Source of the DNA: Nitrospirota bacterium
GTDB lineage: Bacteria > Nitrospirota > Thermodesulfovibrionia > Thermodesulfovibrionales > JdFR-86
Reading direction: 5' to 3'
Assembly (NCBI GenBank): GCA_963721805.1
Contig: CAVRJY010000002.1
Location: 576,001 to 640,000 of the forward strand
Length of the DNA stretch: 64,000 bases
This document shows positions 10,407-20,730 of this stretch, in pieces. How positions within the stretch are numbered: the first letter of the stretch is position 1; every line of letters starts with the position of its first letter. The position numbers were made by a program, and so were the translations under genes. Below the pieces are notes generated by a model, which ran no database searches, had not been told where the DNA came from, and was given only the letters and a program-made list of their open reading frames with translations.

Positions 10407-11185
10407 CGGGATTCATTGGCGGAGGCGCGATGGCCGAGGCCCTGATAAAGGGCATGTTCGACCGCGGGATGAAAGGCATAATCGTATCGGAGCCGGTGGC
10501 CGAGCGGCGTGAGTATCTGGAGCGCACTTACGGCGTGAAGGCGGTGGACGATAACCGCAAGGTGCTCCAAGAGGCCCGGATCGTGGTGTTTGCCGTAAAG
10601 CCCCAGAACATGGCGCAGGTGCTCGAAGGGATCGCCGAATCGGTGAAGCCCGACCACATGTTCGCGTCGATCGCAGCGGGGATAACCATAGACTTCATCC
10701 GCCAAAGGCTGCATACCTCGCGCATCATCCGCGTGATGCCCAACGTGGCCTCGATGGCACAGGAGGGCATGGCGGTGCTCGCGCTGTGCGAGTGCTTCCC
10801 GGAGCTCGAGGTCGCCAGGGTGCGCGATATCTTCATGGCCTCGGGCCGGGTGCTGACGATGCCGGAAAAAAAGATCAACGCGGTCACCGCGCTCTCGGGC
10901 AGCGGTCCGGCGTTCATCGCATACGCGCTTGCCGCGATGATCGACGGCGGCGTCAAAGAGGGCCTCACCGGGGACGAGGCGAGCGAGCTTGCTATACAGA
11001 CCCTGCGCGGCACGGCCGCGCTGCTCGATAGCGGCATATCCTGCGAGAAGCTCATCAAGATGGTCAAGTCCCCGGGGGGGACGACCGAGGCGGGGCTCGG
11101 CGTGCTGGACGCGCGCGGCGCGCACGACATACTGGCCGATGCCATAACCGCCGCGCGAAAGCGCGCCGCGGAACTCGCGAAATAG
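10403..11185 (+). CDS. proC: Pyrroline-5-carboxylate reductase
   Basis: GFIGGGAMAEA, RVMPN, ALSGSGPA, SPGGTT. Confidence 0.95.
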   Translation: MTGFIGGGAMAEALIKGMFDRGMKGIIVSEPVAERREYLERTYGVKAVDDNRKVLQEARIVVFAVKPQNMAQVLEGIAESVKPDHMFASIAAGITIDFIRQRLHTSRIIRVMPNVASMAQEGMAVLALCECFPELEVARVRDIFMASGRVLTMPEKKINAVTALSGSGPAFIAYALAAMIDGGVKEGLTGDEASELAIQTLRGTAALLDSGISCEKLIKMVKSPGGTTEAGLGVLDARGAHDILADAITAARKRAAELAK

Positions 11186-11202
11186 GAGGCTCGGAGGCCG
11201 CC

Positions 11203-11499
11203 ATGTTCATAGCAGGCAATTTCATCGGGGCCGTCGCGGAGGTCCTCAATGTGATCCTCGATATTTACATGTGGATCATCATCATCAGGGCGCTTCTAAG
11301 CTGGGTGAACCCCGACCCATATAACCCTATAGTCCGTTTTCTCTACTCGGTGACAGAACCGGTGCTAAGGCCGATTCGCCGCGTCGTAGGATTTGGCATG
11401 GGCATCGACGTCTCGCCCATGATCGTGCTGCTGGTGATAATATTCCTTAAACGCTTCGTCGTGGCCTCGCTCATGCAGATGGCCATGCGTTCGATGTAA
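11203..11499 (+). CDS. yggT: YggT family membrane protein
   Basis: LSWVNPDPYNPIV..TEPVLRPIRR..IDVSP. Confidence 0.93.
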   Translation: MFIAGNFIGAVAEVLNVILDIYMWIIIIRALLSWVNPDPYNPIVRFLYSVTEPVLRPIRRVVGFGMGIDVSPMIVLLVIIFLKRFVVASLMQMAMRSM

Positions 11500-11523
11500 A
11501 TAAAACCGGAGGGCCGAAACAAT

Positions 11524-12063
11524 ATGAGAATAACGCCTCTTGATATCCAGCAAAAACAGTTCCCGATGAAGTTCCGGGGGTTCGACGTCGAGGAGGTCTA
11601 CGCCTTCCTGGAGGTCGTACGCGAGGAGATGGAAGAGCTCCTGCGCGACAACTCGTTCCTAAAAGAGAGCGTCAGCAAGGCCGAGTCCCAGGTCAAGGAA
11701 CACAGGGACATGGAGAGCACGCTCAGGGAGACCCTGGTGACGGCGCAGCAGATGGTCGACGACTACAAGAACAACGCCCGCAAGGAGGCCGAACTCGTCA
11801 TCAAGGAGGCCGAGCTCAAGGCAGGCGAGATAGTGAAGGACGCGCAGGAGAAGGTCGTGAAGATCCACGAGGACATCGTGGACTTAAAGGGCATCCGCCG
11901 CCACTTCAAGGAAGAGATCCGCCGCCTGATCGAGTCCCACGTCCGCATGCTCGAGTTCGACTCCGAGCGAGAGGCCGACGAGGGCGGACGCGGCTCGGCA
12001 GCGCCCCGCGAGGACGAGATCGAGGAGGCCGTGGAGTTTAAAGAGGGGGACAGTGAAATATAG
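11524..12063 (+). CDS. divIVA: DivIVA domain protein
   Basis: MRITPLDIQQKQF..FRGFDVEEVYAFL followed by coiled coil. Confidence 0.92.
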   Translation: MRITPLDIQQKQFPMKFRGFDVEEVYAFLEVVREEMEELLRDNSFLKESVSKAESQVKEHRDMESTLRETLVTAQQMVDDYKNNARKEAELVIKEAELKAGEIVKDAQEKVVKIHEDIVDLKGIRRHFKEEIRRLIESHVRMLEFDSEREADEGGRGSAAPREDEIEEAVEFKEGDSEI

Positions 12064-13312
12064 CTGCGTAAAAGGCACGCAGGACATCTTCCCGCCTGAC
12101 GTCGCGCTCTGGCAGAAGGCCGAGGCCGCGGCCCGCGAGGCGTTCGCCCCCTTCGGGTTCCGCGAGATAAGGCCCCCGGTGATGGAATACACCGAGGTCT
12201 TCACCCGGAGCATCGGCGAGACCTCCGACATCGTGGAGAAGGAGATGTATACGTTTGCTGACCGCGCCGGTCGGAGCATCACGCTTCGGCCCGAGGGCAC
12301 CGCGCCCGTCGTACGGGCATACGTGCAGCACCATCTGAACGACCTTCCGGCACCGCAAAAATTTTACTACATGGGCCCGATGTTCCGGTACGAACGGCCC
12401 CAGAAGGGCCGCCAGAGACAGTTTCACCAGATCGGGGCCGAGGCCTTCGGCTCGGCCGACCCGACCGTGGACGCCGAGATGATAGCGATGCTCAATGCAT
12501 TTCTGCGGCGCATGGACCTCGGGGGGCTTAAGGTCGAGCTCAACTCGATAGGCTGCGCCGGGTGCAGGCCGGCATACCGCGTGGCGCTTACCGAATATTT
12601 CCGCGCAAGGGTCGATAATCTGTGCGAGGACTGCCGCAGAAGGCTGGAGGCCAACCCGCTTCGAATACTCGACTGCAAGGTCGAGGGCTGCAGGACCGAG
12701 AAGGCCGGAGCCCCGGTGGTCACGGACTTCCTTTGCGGCGGATGCAGGGAGCATCAGGACAGGCTCACCGCGCTGCTTGCGGCGCTTGACGTCGAGGTGG
12801 TGCTAAACCCCCGGCTCGTGCGCGGCCTGGATTACTATACGAGGACTATTTTTGAGGTCACGACCGACGCCCTCGGCGCGCAGAACGCCGTGGCCGCCGG
12901 CGGGAGGTATGACGGCCTCGTGAAGGAGTTCGGAGGGCCAGAGACACCGGCCTTCGGCTTCGCAGTGGGGATGGAAAGGCTGGTAGCGCTCGCGGCCGCT
13001 ACGCCGGATGTCGCACCCGCCGATGTGCCATACGCCTATATTACGGTGCTGGGGTGGGATGCCGCGCCCAGGGCCGCCAAGATCGCCTCGGCGATGCGCG
13101 CGAGCGGAAAGTGGGTCGAGACCGGAGAGCCCGGCGCGAGCCTCAAAAGCCAGCTCAAGCGTGCGGACCGCTTTCATGCGCGCTTTGCGCTGTTCATTGG
13201 CGACAACGAGATCAAAACTGGAACTGCGGGCTGGAAGGACCTCATCGAGGGTTCCTCGGGCAGCGTGGCGCTCGACGACCCGGCCTGGATCGATAGCGGG
13301 TTCGGGGCCTGA
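12053..13312 (+). CDS. hisS: Histidyl-tRNA synthetase
   Basis: LRPEGTA, FRYERPQKGRQRQFHQ, VRGLDYYT, GGRYDGL. Confidence 0.97.
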   Translation: MKYSCVKGTQDIFPPDVALWQKAEAAAREAFAPFGFREIRPPVMEYTEVFTRSIGETSDIVEKEMYTFADRAGRSITLRPEGTAPVVRAYVQHHLNDLPAPQKFYYMGPMFRYERPQKGRQRQFHQIGAEAFGSADPTVDAEMIAMLNAFLRRMDLGGLKVELNSIGCAGCRPAYRVALTEYFRARVDNLCEDCRRRLEANPLRILDCKVEGCRTEKAGAPVVTDFLCGGCREHQDRLTALLAALDVEVVLNPRLVRGLDYYTRTIFEVTTDALGAQNAVAAGGRYDGLVKEFGGPETPAFGFAVGMERLVALAAATPDVAPADVPYAYITVLGWDAAPRAAKIASAMRASGKWVETGEPGASLKSQLKRADRFHARFALFIGDNEIKTGTAGWKDLIEGSSGSVALDDPAWIDSGFGA

Positions 13313-13314
13313 GC

Positions 13315-14277
13315 ATGCGCGGAGGGCGGCTAAACGAGCTCATGCCGGGCGTCGCCCTCACCGTGCTGGTCGCTCTGGTCTCGTTTATGGTCTCGTTCCT
13401 GCACAGTTCGTTCGATTCCCTCACGATCTCGATAATCCTCGGTGTGGTCGTCTCGAGCATGGTCGGCGACCGGAAGGCGCTCGAGGCTGGCATCGAGGCC
13501 TCGCTGAGGTTTTTCCTGCCGCTCGGCATAATGCTTTATGGCTCGAACCTCGTGCTCAGGGCGCATGACCTCAACGTGGTCTCGGCCGCGATAGTCGTCA
13601 TGGCGTTTTTTTTCATTGTCACATACTTCGTATGCAAGTCGTTTGGGCTCAGCAGGACGCTCTCGGCCCTGATGGGCACGGGGATGTCGGTCTGCGGGGC
13701 CTCGGCCATAGTGGTCATCAGCCCATTCCTCGGCGCGAAAAAGGAGGACACCTCCGTCGCGGTGCTTTCGGTGATTACGGTCGGGCTCACGGGGATGCTG
13801 TTTTACAGGTTCGTGCCTGACGTGCTGCATGTCTCGTCCGAGAAGTTTGCGCTGATCACGGGGCTCACGCTCCCTATGGTGGGGCAGGTGAAGGTGGCGG
13901 CCTCGGTCATGGGGGCCGACGCGGTCGCGGCGGCCATGAACTACAAACTGGTGAGGATCGCCGCGCTATTGGTTTTCACGGCCGCGGCGTTCATAGCCCG
14001 GAGGATCCGGGGCGATCGCGGCGGAGTGTTCCCATGGTTTCTGCTCGGGTTTTATGCGATGGCGGCGTTCGTGAACTTCACCTCCGCAGGGGCCCGGATG
14101 CGCATGGTGCTCGAGCCCGCAAGCGGCTTCATGCTGGCGGCGGCACTCGCCGCGGTGGGGCTTTCGGTGGACGTCGAGTCTGTCGTCGAGAAGGGCCCGG
14201 CCCCGGTGCTCGCCGTGTTTCTCTCGGCCGGGATCTCGGGGCTTACGGTCGCGCTGTTTCTGGGGCTGATGCGATGA
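13315..14277 (+). CDS. YeiH/putative sulfate exporter family membrane protein
   Basis: Multi-TM protein with GMSVCGASA motif and KLVR. Confidence 0.8.
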   Translation: MRGGRLNELMPGVALTVLVALVSFMVSFLHSSFDSLTISIILGVVVSSMVGDRKALEAGIEASLRFFLPLGIMLYGSNLVLRAHDLNVVSAAIVVMAFFFIVTYFVCKSFGLSRTLSALMGTGMSVCGASAIVVISPFLGAKKEDTSVAVLSVITVGLTGMLFYRFVPDVLHVSSEKFALITGLTLPMVGQVKVAASVMGADAVAAAMNYKLVRIAALLVFTAAAFIARRIRGDRGGVFPWFLLGFYAMAAFVNFTSAGARMRMVLEPASGFMLAAALAAVGLSVDVESVVEKGPAPVLAVFLSAGISGLTVALFLGLMR

Positions 14278-17200
14278 TGCCGATGTCAAGGATTTCATAC
14301 AGGTTCATGGTGCTGTTATTCGTCTACACGCTCGCGATCCTCATCCCGCTTTCGTTTATCGTGTTTTATGACACGGACATGATGGTGCATGCAATGGAGG
14401 AAGGCGCGCCGCTCACCCACGCGCAGGAGGCCATACAGGCCCGCGGGGTCGGCAAGCTCGTCGACGACATCATATCGCTCTCGTTTTATATGGCCGTGCT
14501 GGCGTTTCTGGTCTCGCTGTTTTTCTCCCGGCGGCTGTTCTCTCCGCTGCGCGACCTTTACCAGTCGGCGAGGTCGCTGGTCGAGGGGGACCCGGACGCC
14601 TCGGTATCGTCCGAATCCATGAGGGAGCGCTGCGCCGACGACTTTTGCGCGACGTTCAAAGGGCTGATGCAATCCGTGCAGAGGAAATCCGCCAGTATAG
14701 CGACCAAGGAGCTGTACCTGTCGTCGATGACCGAGCCGATGTGGGTCCTGGACGAGGACAACGCGGTCGTGGAGGTCAACGACGCCTTCACGCGGGTGTT
14801 CGGGTATCCGCGCGAGGACGTCATCGGCGCGCTGGTCTTTGACATCATCGACGAGGCGGGCGAACGGAGGCTCAGGCACAGGCAATACGACGAGGAGGTC
14901 TCGACCGCGGGCGGACAGCCCGAGCCCATCGAGGTCTCGGTCATATCGCGCTCGGAGGGGATGGTCCCGGTGCTCCTGAGCGAGACCCCCGTGATGAAGG
15001 ACGGGCGCATCACCGGCCGCATCGGCATGATGACGGACTTCAGGCGCGAGGCCGCCCTGACCGACGCCATAGAGACCGAGAAGGGCTACTCGCTGGCCCT
15101 GATGGACAGCCTGCGCGAGCAGCTGGTCGTGATGGACCGCGACCTTCGCGTGGTGAGGGCTAACCTTGCGGCGCGCGTCGCGGCCGGAGGCGACATCACC
15201 GCGGCGAAGTGCCACGACATCTTCCACGCGATGAAGGACGAGTGCCCGCTGCACTTCGAGGGCTGCCCTATAGAGACAGTCTTCCGCACCGGAGCGCCTC
15301 ACCGCTGTTTTTATGAGTTGCGGGGAGGCATAGCCGGCAAGGCCTTGGCCGAGATGTCCGTATACCCGCTCAAAAACCCTCACACCGGGGCCGTAGAGCG
15401 CGTGGTCTGCCTGCTGAGCGACGTCACGGACCGCAAGAAGTTCGAGGACGAGATCGAGAAAAAGGACCGCGAGCTTACGGCCCTGACCACTATCTCCCGC
15501 ACGCTCGGCCGCTCGCTCATGGCCGAGGGCGTCTTCAGCGAAGTCCTCGACAGGGTGATCGCCCTGCTTGGGATGAATGGCGGGGGCATATATTTTATCG
15601 ACGATACGGGCCGCGAGCTCAAGTGCCAGTGGCACCGCGGCCTCTCGGTGGAGTTCGTCAAAACGATATCATGGATAAAGGTGGGCGAGGACATACCGGG
15701 GGCGGTAGCGCTTTCGGGCGCGTCGCTTTTCGCGTCGGACGTATCGGCTGACAGGCGCACCGAGCGCTCCAGCCTAAGGCACTCGGGCATCAAGGGCTAC
15801 GCAGCTGTACCCATCCGGGGCAAGGAGCGGTCTCTGGGGGTCCTGTTCATCTTCAGCCTCAAGCCGCACGCCTTCGGCGGCGATGAGGAGCGGCTGCTCA
15901 ATTCCGTCTCTGAGATGATGGGCCTCGCGCTTGAGAACATGCGCCTCTATGAGAAGATGCGCAGCCTCTACGAGCAGCAGCGCAGGCATAGGGCGGAGGA
16001 GCAGAAAAACCTGCTCGACCTCTCCGGCATGCTCTCGTCCTCGGTGGAGATGAAAGACGTCCTCTCGGGCTGCATGGCGATCATCAAGTCCGCCATGAAG
16101 GCCGACCTCGTCTGGATGCTCGGCCTCTCGGCCGAGGGCGCCCTCACGCTCAGGGCCTGCACAGAGCCGATCTTCAGGGAGGGGGATGCGCTTTACGGCC
16201 CCGAGGCCGACTCTATCGAACGCCACGCGATCGCGAGGCGCAAGCCGGTCTCTCTAAACGACATCGTCGTCGAGGACAGGCTGCAGATGCTGCCTGAACT
16301 CAAGGGCTACCGTTTCGCGTGCGCGATACCGATGTTCATAGGCGATAAGAACTACGGCGCCTTTACGCTTTATTACGAGATGGAGAAGCGGCTGGGCGAG
16401 GAGGAGATGCACTTCCTGCAGACCGTAAGCAGCGTGCTAGCCGTAGCCATGGAGCGCGCCGCGCTGTACGAGAGCGTCATCCTCCAAAAAGGCGAGGCCG
16501 ACGCGGTGCTAGAAAGCATCCTCGACGGGGTGATAAGCGCGAGCGCATCGGGCGTGGTGATGGCCGCAAACAAGGCCGCGTTCAGGATATTCGAGGCCGA
16601 CGGCAGGCATCTCGTCGGCCTGGGGCTCGAGGAGGTCTTCGGGCGGCCCGCCGAGAACTCCGAACTCCTTCTGAACATGGAGTCGGGCCTCGATGATGCG
16701 CTTATGGGCAAGAGCGGCCACTTCGAGGCTCGGTACGTCGGGGCCTCCGGGGGCATTACGCCGCTGCAGATTTACTGCTGGCCCGTAAGCGACGACCGGG
16801 GCGTGATCGCGGGCGTCGTGTTCGTGGTCCGCGACCTCGGCATGGCCACCGAGGTCGACAAGATGAAGACCGACTTCCTGCGCGCGGTATCACACGAGTT
16901 CCGCACCCCTCTGACGGCCATAGTGGGGCTCTCCGAGATGATGCTCGCCGGTGAGGTCGAGGGCGAGCGTGCGCAGGAATACCTGAGGACCATACATAAC
17001 GAGGGCAAGCGGCTCTCCAACATGGTCAGCGACGTGCTGGACATCACGCGCATCGAGGGCGGCCGCGAGGTGCTGCACCCCTCGACGGTCGATTTCTCAA
17101 AGATCTTCGAGGACCTGCAGGAGAGCTATACGCCCGCCGCGCTCGGCCGGGGTCTGAACATTGCGTTTCAACTGCAAGACGGGGCCGGGGGTTTTATCGG

Positions 17201-17540
17201 TGACGCCGAGAAGCTCAAGCAGATGCTCAGGAACATCATCGACAACTCGGTCGCGTACTCAGAGGCCGGCGCCTCAATCGACGTCAGCGTGCGGATGGAG
17301 GGCGGGGCGGCCGTCCTGACGGTGCGCGATACGGGATGGGGCATGACGTCCGAGGAACTGGCGCACGCCGGGCAGAAGTTCTTCAGGGGAAAGCGGGCGG
17401 CCGCACGCACCAAGGGGACCGGGCTCGGGCTTTCGATCTGCAGGAGCCTTACCGAGCTTCAGGGCGGCGAGTTCGAAATACAGAGCGCCGAGGGCGAGGG
17501 CACGACCGTCACGGTGCGGATTCCGGGGGCCATGGGATAG
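14274..17540 (+). CDS. Membrane sensor histidine kinase (HAMP-PAS-PAS-GAF-GAF-PAS-HisKA-HATPase)
   Basis: Two TM segments, SHEFRTPLT H-box, DTGWG, GTGLGL; ATGA overlap with the upstream gene. Confidence 0.9.
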   Translation: MMPMSRISYRFMVLLFVYTLAILIPLSFIVFYDTDMMVHAMEEGAPLTHAQEAIQARGVGKLVDDIISLSFYMAVLAFLVSLFFSRRLFSPLRDLYQSARSLVEGDPDASVSSESMRERCADDFCATFKGLMQSVQRKSASIATKELYLSSMTEPMWVLDEDNAVVEVNDAFTRVFGYPREDVIGALVFDIIDEAGERRLRHRQYDEEVSTAGGQPEPIEVSVISRSEGMVPVLLSETPVMKDGRITGRIGMMTDFRREAALTDAIETEKGYSLALMDSLREQLVVMDRDLRVVRANLAARVAAGGDITAAKCHDIFHAMKDECPLHFEGCPIETVFRTGAPHRCFYELRGGIAGKALAEMSVYPLKNPHTGAVERVVCLLSDVTDRKKFEDEIEKKDRELTALTTISRTLGRSLMAEGVFSEVLDRVIALLGMNGGGIYFIDDTGRELKCQWHRGLSVEFVKTISWIKVGEDIPGAVALSGASLFASDVSADRRTERSSLRHSGIKGYAAVPIRGKERSLGVLFIFSLKPHAFGGDEERLLNSVSEMMGLALENMRLYEKMRSLYEQQRRHRAEEQKNLLDLSGMLSSSVEMKDVLSGCMAIIKSAMKADLVWMLGLSAEGALTLRACTEPIFREGDALYGPEADSIERHAIARRKPVSLNDIVVEDRLQMLPELKGYRFACAIPMFIGDKNYGAFTLYYEMEKRLGEEEMHFLQTVSSVLAVAMERAALYESVILQKGEADAVLESILDGVISASASGVVMAANKAAFRIFEADGRHLVGLGLEEVFGRPAENSELLLNMESGLDDALMGKSGHFEARYVGASGGITPLQIYCWPVSDDRGVIAGVVFVVRDLGMATEVDKMKTDFLRAVSHEFRTPLTAIVGLSEMMLAGEVEGERAQEYLRTIHNEGKRLSNMVSDVLDITRIEGGREVLHPSTVDFSKIFEDLQESYTPAALGRGLNIAFQLQDGAGGFIGDAEKLKQMLRNIIDNSVAYSEAGASIDVSVRMEGGAAVLTVRDTGWGMTSEELAHAGQKFFRGKRAAARTKGTGLGLSICRSLTELQGGEFEIQSAEGEGTTVTVRIPGAMG

Positions 17541-17921
17541 ATGAGCAGGATTGTGGTTATCGACGACGAGCCGTTCATACTCATGATGGTCGGCGACAAG
17601 CTCAAGAAGGCGGGATTTGATGTCACGACCGTGCGCGAGAGCGTCAGGGCGATGGACATAATCCGCTCTCAGAGGCCGGACCTCGTCATCATGGACTGGA
17701 TGATGCCCGAGATCAGCGGGATAGAGCTCTGCCGCGCGATCAAGTCCGACCCCGAACTTACGGACATACCCGTGATCATGCTCACCGCCAAGGGCCAGTC
17801 GGAGGACGAGAGGCTCGGGCTTCGAAGCGGCGTGAACAGGTATATCATCAAGCCCTTCAGCCCCAAGGCCCTGCTTGAGATCGTAAACGAGGAGCTGGGT
17901 AAGGCGACAGGGGAAGCGTAA
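17541..17921 (+). CDS. Single-domain response regulator
   Basis: VVIDDE, IMDWMMP, MLTAK, KPF. Confidence 0.93.
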   Translation: MSRIVVIDDEPFILMMVGDKLKKAGFDVTTVRESVRAMDIIRSQRPDLVIMDWMMPEISGIELCRAIKSDPELTDIPVIMLTAKGQSEDERLGLRSGVNRYIIKPFSPKALLEIVNEELGKATGEA

Positions 17922-17926
17922 GCTTT

Positions 17927-19351
17927 TCAGCCCACGTCGTCGAGCGTGCGGACGCGGAGCTTTACTCCGAGGGAATCAGCGAGCGCCCTGCACTTCTGCA
18001 CGTCGACCCCTTCGGCCGTAACCACCGTGGCCTGCACGTTTGGGATATAGCGCGGGGCCTCGCGTATGAAATCTACCACCGCGCGCCATGCGCCCGGATA
18101 CTGCGGCCTGCAAAGGCGGTTATAGGTCTCCTCGTCCTGCGCGTCGAGGCTTATCGAGATCGCATCGACCTTTCCGGCGAGCTCAGGCAGGACGTCGCGG
18201 CCGTGGATGAGGTTGGCCTGCCCGTTGGTGTTGATGCGCACGCGGCCTCCGGCCGCCTTTATCCATCCGGCCAGCTCGATCACCGCGTCGAGCCTTATCG
18301 TCGGCTCTCCGAACCCGCAGAAGACGACCTCTTTGTATTGCGCCGGATCCCCGATGGCGGCCCGCAGCTCATCGGCCGAGGGCTCGCGCCTGAGCTTCAG
18401 GTAGTGGCCCTTGACGTAGTCGGTGGTGTACCGTGCGCAGAACGAGCATACGTTGCTGCAGCGGTTCGTGAGGTTCAGGTACAGGCTGTCGCGTATGCGG
18501 TATGCGATCGTGTCCGTTTCGCATAGCCCGTCGAGGCCGAAGAGCAGCCGGGCATTAAGCGAGGTGATGCGCGCTATGTCCTGCACGCTGATGCCCCTGA
18601 GTTCGGCCACGGCCCTTGCGGTATACGCGACGTATGCGGGCTCGTTGCGCTTGCCGCGCAGGGGCACGGGGGTCAGAAATGGCGCGTCGGTCTCGATCAG
18701 CAGCCGGTCGTCGGGGACGAACGCCGCGACTTCTTTGAGCGCGGCGGACTTGGGGAACGTGACCGGCCCGGCTATCGAGATGTGCAGGCCGATGCCCAGC
18801 ACCTCGCGCGCCATCGCCACGTCTCCGGAGAAGCAGTGCATCACGCCGCGCTCGATCCCGCTTTCGCGGACTATGCGCATCGTGTCCTCGAAGGCCTCGC
18901 GGCTATGGATGATGACAGGCAGATTGAGTTGCTTCGCGAGCGCGAGCTCCGCCGTGAAGACCCGGCGCTGCACGTCGCGCGGCGAGTGGTCGTAGTGGTA
19001 ATCGAGCCCGCACTCGCCTATCGCGACTGCCTTGGGATGGGAGGCCCACCCGATCATATCGGCGTGGAATGCGTCGTCATAGCTCTTGGCGTCGTGGGGG
19101 TGGAGCCCTACGCTGAAGTAGATCTCGGGATGGGCCTCGGCCAGCGCGAGTATGGCCGGGTTGCTTGCGGGGTCGGAGGCTATAGAGATCATCCGCGTGA
19201 GGCCGGAATCGAGCGCGCGCCGGATCACGTCCTCGCGGTCAGCCCCGAACTGCTCCATCTCGAGGTGGCAGTGCGTGTCGATTAATCCCTCCACTATAGT
19301 GGAGGGCGGCAGACCTTCGCCTTTGAGCGAAGAGTGCGAAGGCTCAGGCAC
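17927..19351 (-). CDS. TatD nuclease fused to radical SAM domain
   Basis: IDTHCHL, GECGLDY, ETDAP followed by CSNVCSFC and FCGFGEP; exact start uncertain. Confidence 0.9.
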   Translation of the reverse strand: MPEPSHSSLKGEGLPPSTIVEGLIDTHCHLEMEQFGADREDVIRRALDSGLTRMISIASDPASNPAILALAEAHPEIYFSVGLHPHDAKSYDDAFHADMIGWASHPKAVAIGECGLDYHYDHSPRDVQRRVFTAELALAKQLNLPVIIHSREAFEDTMRIVRESGIERGVMHCFSGDVAMAREVLGIGLHISIAGPVTFPKSAALKEVAAFVPDDRLLIETDAPFLTPVPLRGKRNEPAYVAYTARAVAELRGISVQDIARITSLNARLLFGLDGLCETDTIAYRIRDSLYLNLTNRCSNVCSFCARYTTDYVKGHYLKLRREPSADELRAAIGDPAQYKEVVFCGFGEPTIRLDAVIELAGWIKAAGGRVRINTNGQANLIHGRDVLPELAGKVDAISISLDAQDEETYNRLCRPQYPGAWRAVVDFIREAPRYIPNVQATVVTAEGVDVQKCRALADSLGVKLRVRTLDDVG

Positions 19352-20567
19352 CGTACTTGTTCAGTCTGCCGGCGTTGGCCATCGCAAGCGGCATGATCGC
19401 CTTGCCGGGGAATATGCCGAGCTCACCGCGCGTGCAGGCCCGCTCGTGGAATGCGTCGCATGTGCCGCCGAGCACGTAGCGTGAATGTATCATGACCGGC
19501 ACCGGGTGCCAGCTGTGGGCCCTCATCATCGCGGGCGTGGAGTGGTCGCCGCTGATCACGAGCACGTCGGGCTTGAGCGCCAGTATTTCGGGTATGATCT
19601 TGTCGACATCGGCGATTTTACCAGATTTGGCATCGAAGTTCCCGTCCTCGCCATACGAGTCAACTTTCTTTATATGTACGAAGAAAAAGTCGTAATCGTT
19701 AAAGCTTTTCTTTAAGAGTTCGAGCTCCTCCGGGATGTCTCCGGCGAGGTCCGGGGCGTGCATCCCGACGAGTTTTGCGACCCCGCGGTACATCGGATAG
19801 GCCGCTATGGCGAGCGCGCGGAGCCCGTATGCCTCCTCGAATGAGGGCATCTTGGGCTTCTGGGCGAAGCCCCGGCAGAGGATATAGTTCGCGCGCGCCT
19901 CATTCTTAAGGATTTCGTCCACGCGGGCCGCGAGCTTCCTGGCCACGTCGATGACAGGTGCTGCCGCCGCATTATCGGACTGGGGCTCGAGCGGGGCCTT
20001 GCCCTCTTTCTGCGGGTCTGTGTCGTTGATCTGATCCGCCCCGTGGGCAAGGGGTTTGGGGAAGCGCATCCGCACCGCAAAGCGGTGCTCCATGCCCGGG
20101 GCGAAGGTGATCTCGGCATCGTCGATGCGGGTGATTTCCTTTTGCAGCCGCAGGGTGATCTCTCGGCTCTGGGCGGTCGGGATGCGTCCGGCGCGGCGGT
20201 CCACGATCAGGCCGTCCTTTATGGTCGAATAATTGCACCTAAGCGCGATATCGTTATGGTTAATGTCCATCCCAAGGCCAAGGGCCTCGAGGATGCCTCG
20301 GCCGATCTGGTGTTCCTTGGGATCGTAGCCGAACAGTGCGAGGTGTCCCGGGCCGCTTCCGGGCGTGATGCCGATGTCCACCGGCAGCTGGAGCCCGCAG
20401 GCCGAGACGCGGGCCAGGGCGTCGAGGTTAGGGGTATGGGCCGCTTCCAGTTCGGTCTTGCCCTTGTTCGGGCCGTCCGTGGCGGGCAGCCCGCCGAGGC
20501 CGTCCATCACGAGCAGGACGATCTTCGAGCTGTTTTTGGCGATGAGGCCGTGGATTAAATTTTGCAT
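19344..20567 (-). CDS. apgM: 2,3-BPG-independent phosphoglycerate mutase (archaeal-type)
   Basis: VMDGLGG, TPGSGPGHLALFGYDP, GDHSTP..HSWHPVP. Confidence 0.92.
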   Translation of the reverse strand: MQNLIHGLIAKNSSKIVLLVMDGLGGLPATDGPNKGKTELEAAHTPNLDALARVSACGLQLPVDIGITPGSGPGHLALFGYDPKEHQIGRGILEALGLGMDINHNDIALRCNYSTIKDGLIVDRRAGRIPTAQSREITLRLQKEITRIDDAEITFAPGMEHRFAVRMRFPKPLAHGADQINDTDPQKEGKAPLEPQSDNAAAAPVIDVARKLAARVDEILKNEARANYILCRGFAQKPKMPSFEEAYGLRALAIAAYPMYRGVAKLVGMHAPDLAGDIPEELELLKKSFNDYDFFFVHIKKVDSYGEDGNFDAKSGKIADVDKIIPEILALKPDVLVISGDHSTPAMMRAHSWHPVPVMIHSRYVLGGTCDAFHERACTRGELGIFPGKAIMPLAMANAGRLNKYGA

Positions 20568-20730
20568 TGTTGAAATATAGCTCAACGCGCCGGATTTTGC
20601 AAGGAACCGCCGTATTGCCTTGAAAAAGAAGCCCAAAGAGTGTAAATTAATAGTCTGTGTCACACAAGTGCGTACCCGTTTATAACTTGCCAATAAGCGC
20701 AAAGACATAGATATCGGGAGGAATTAAAAC

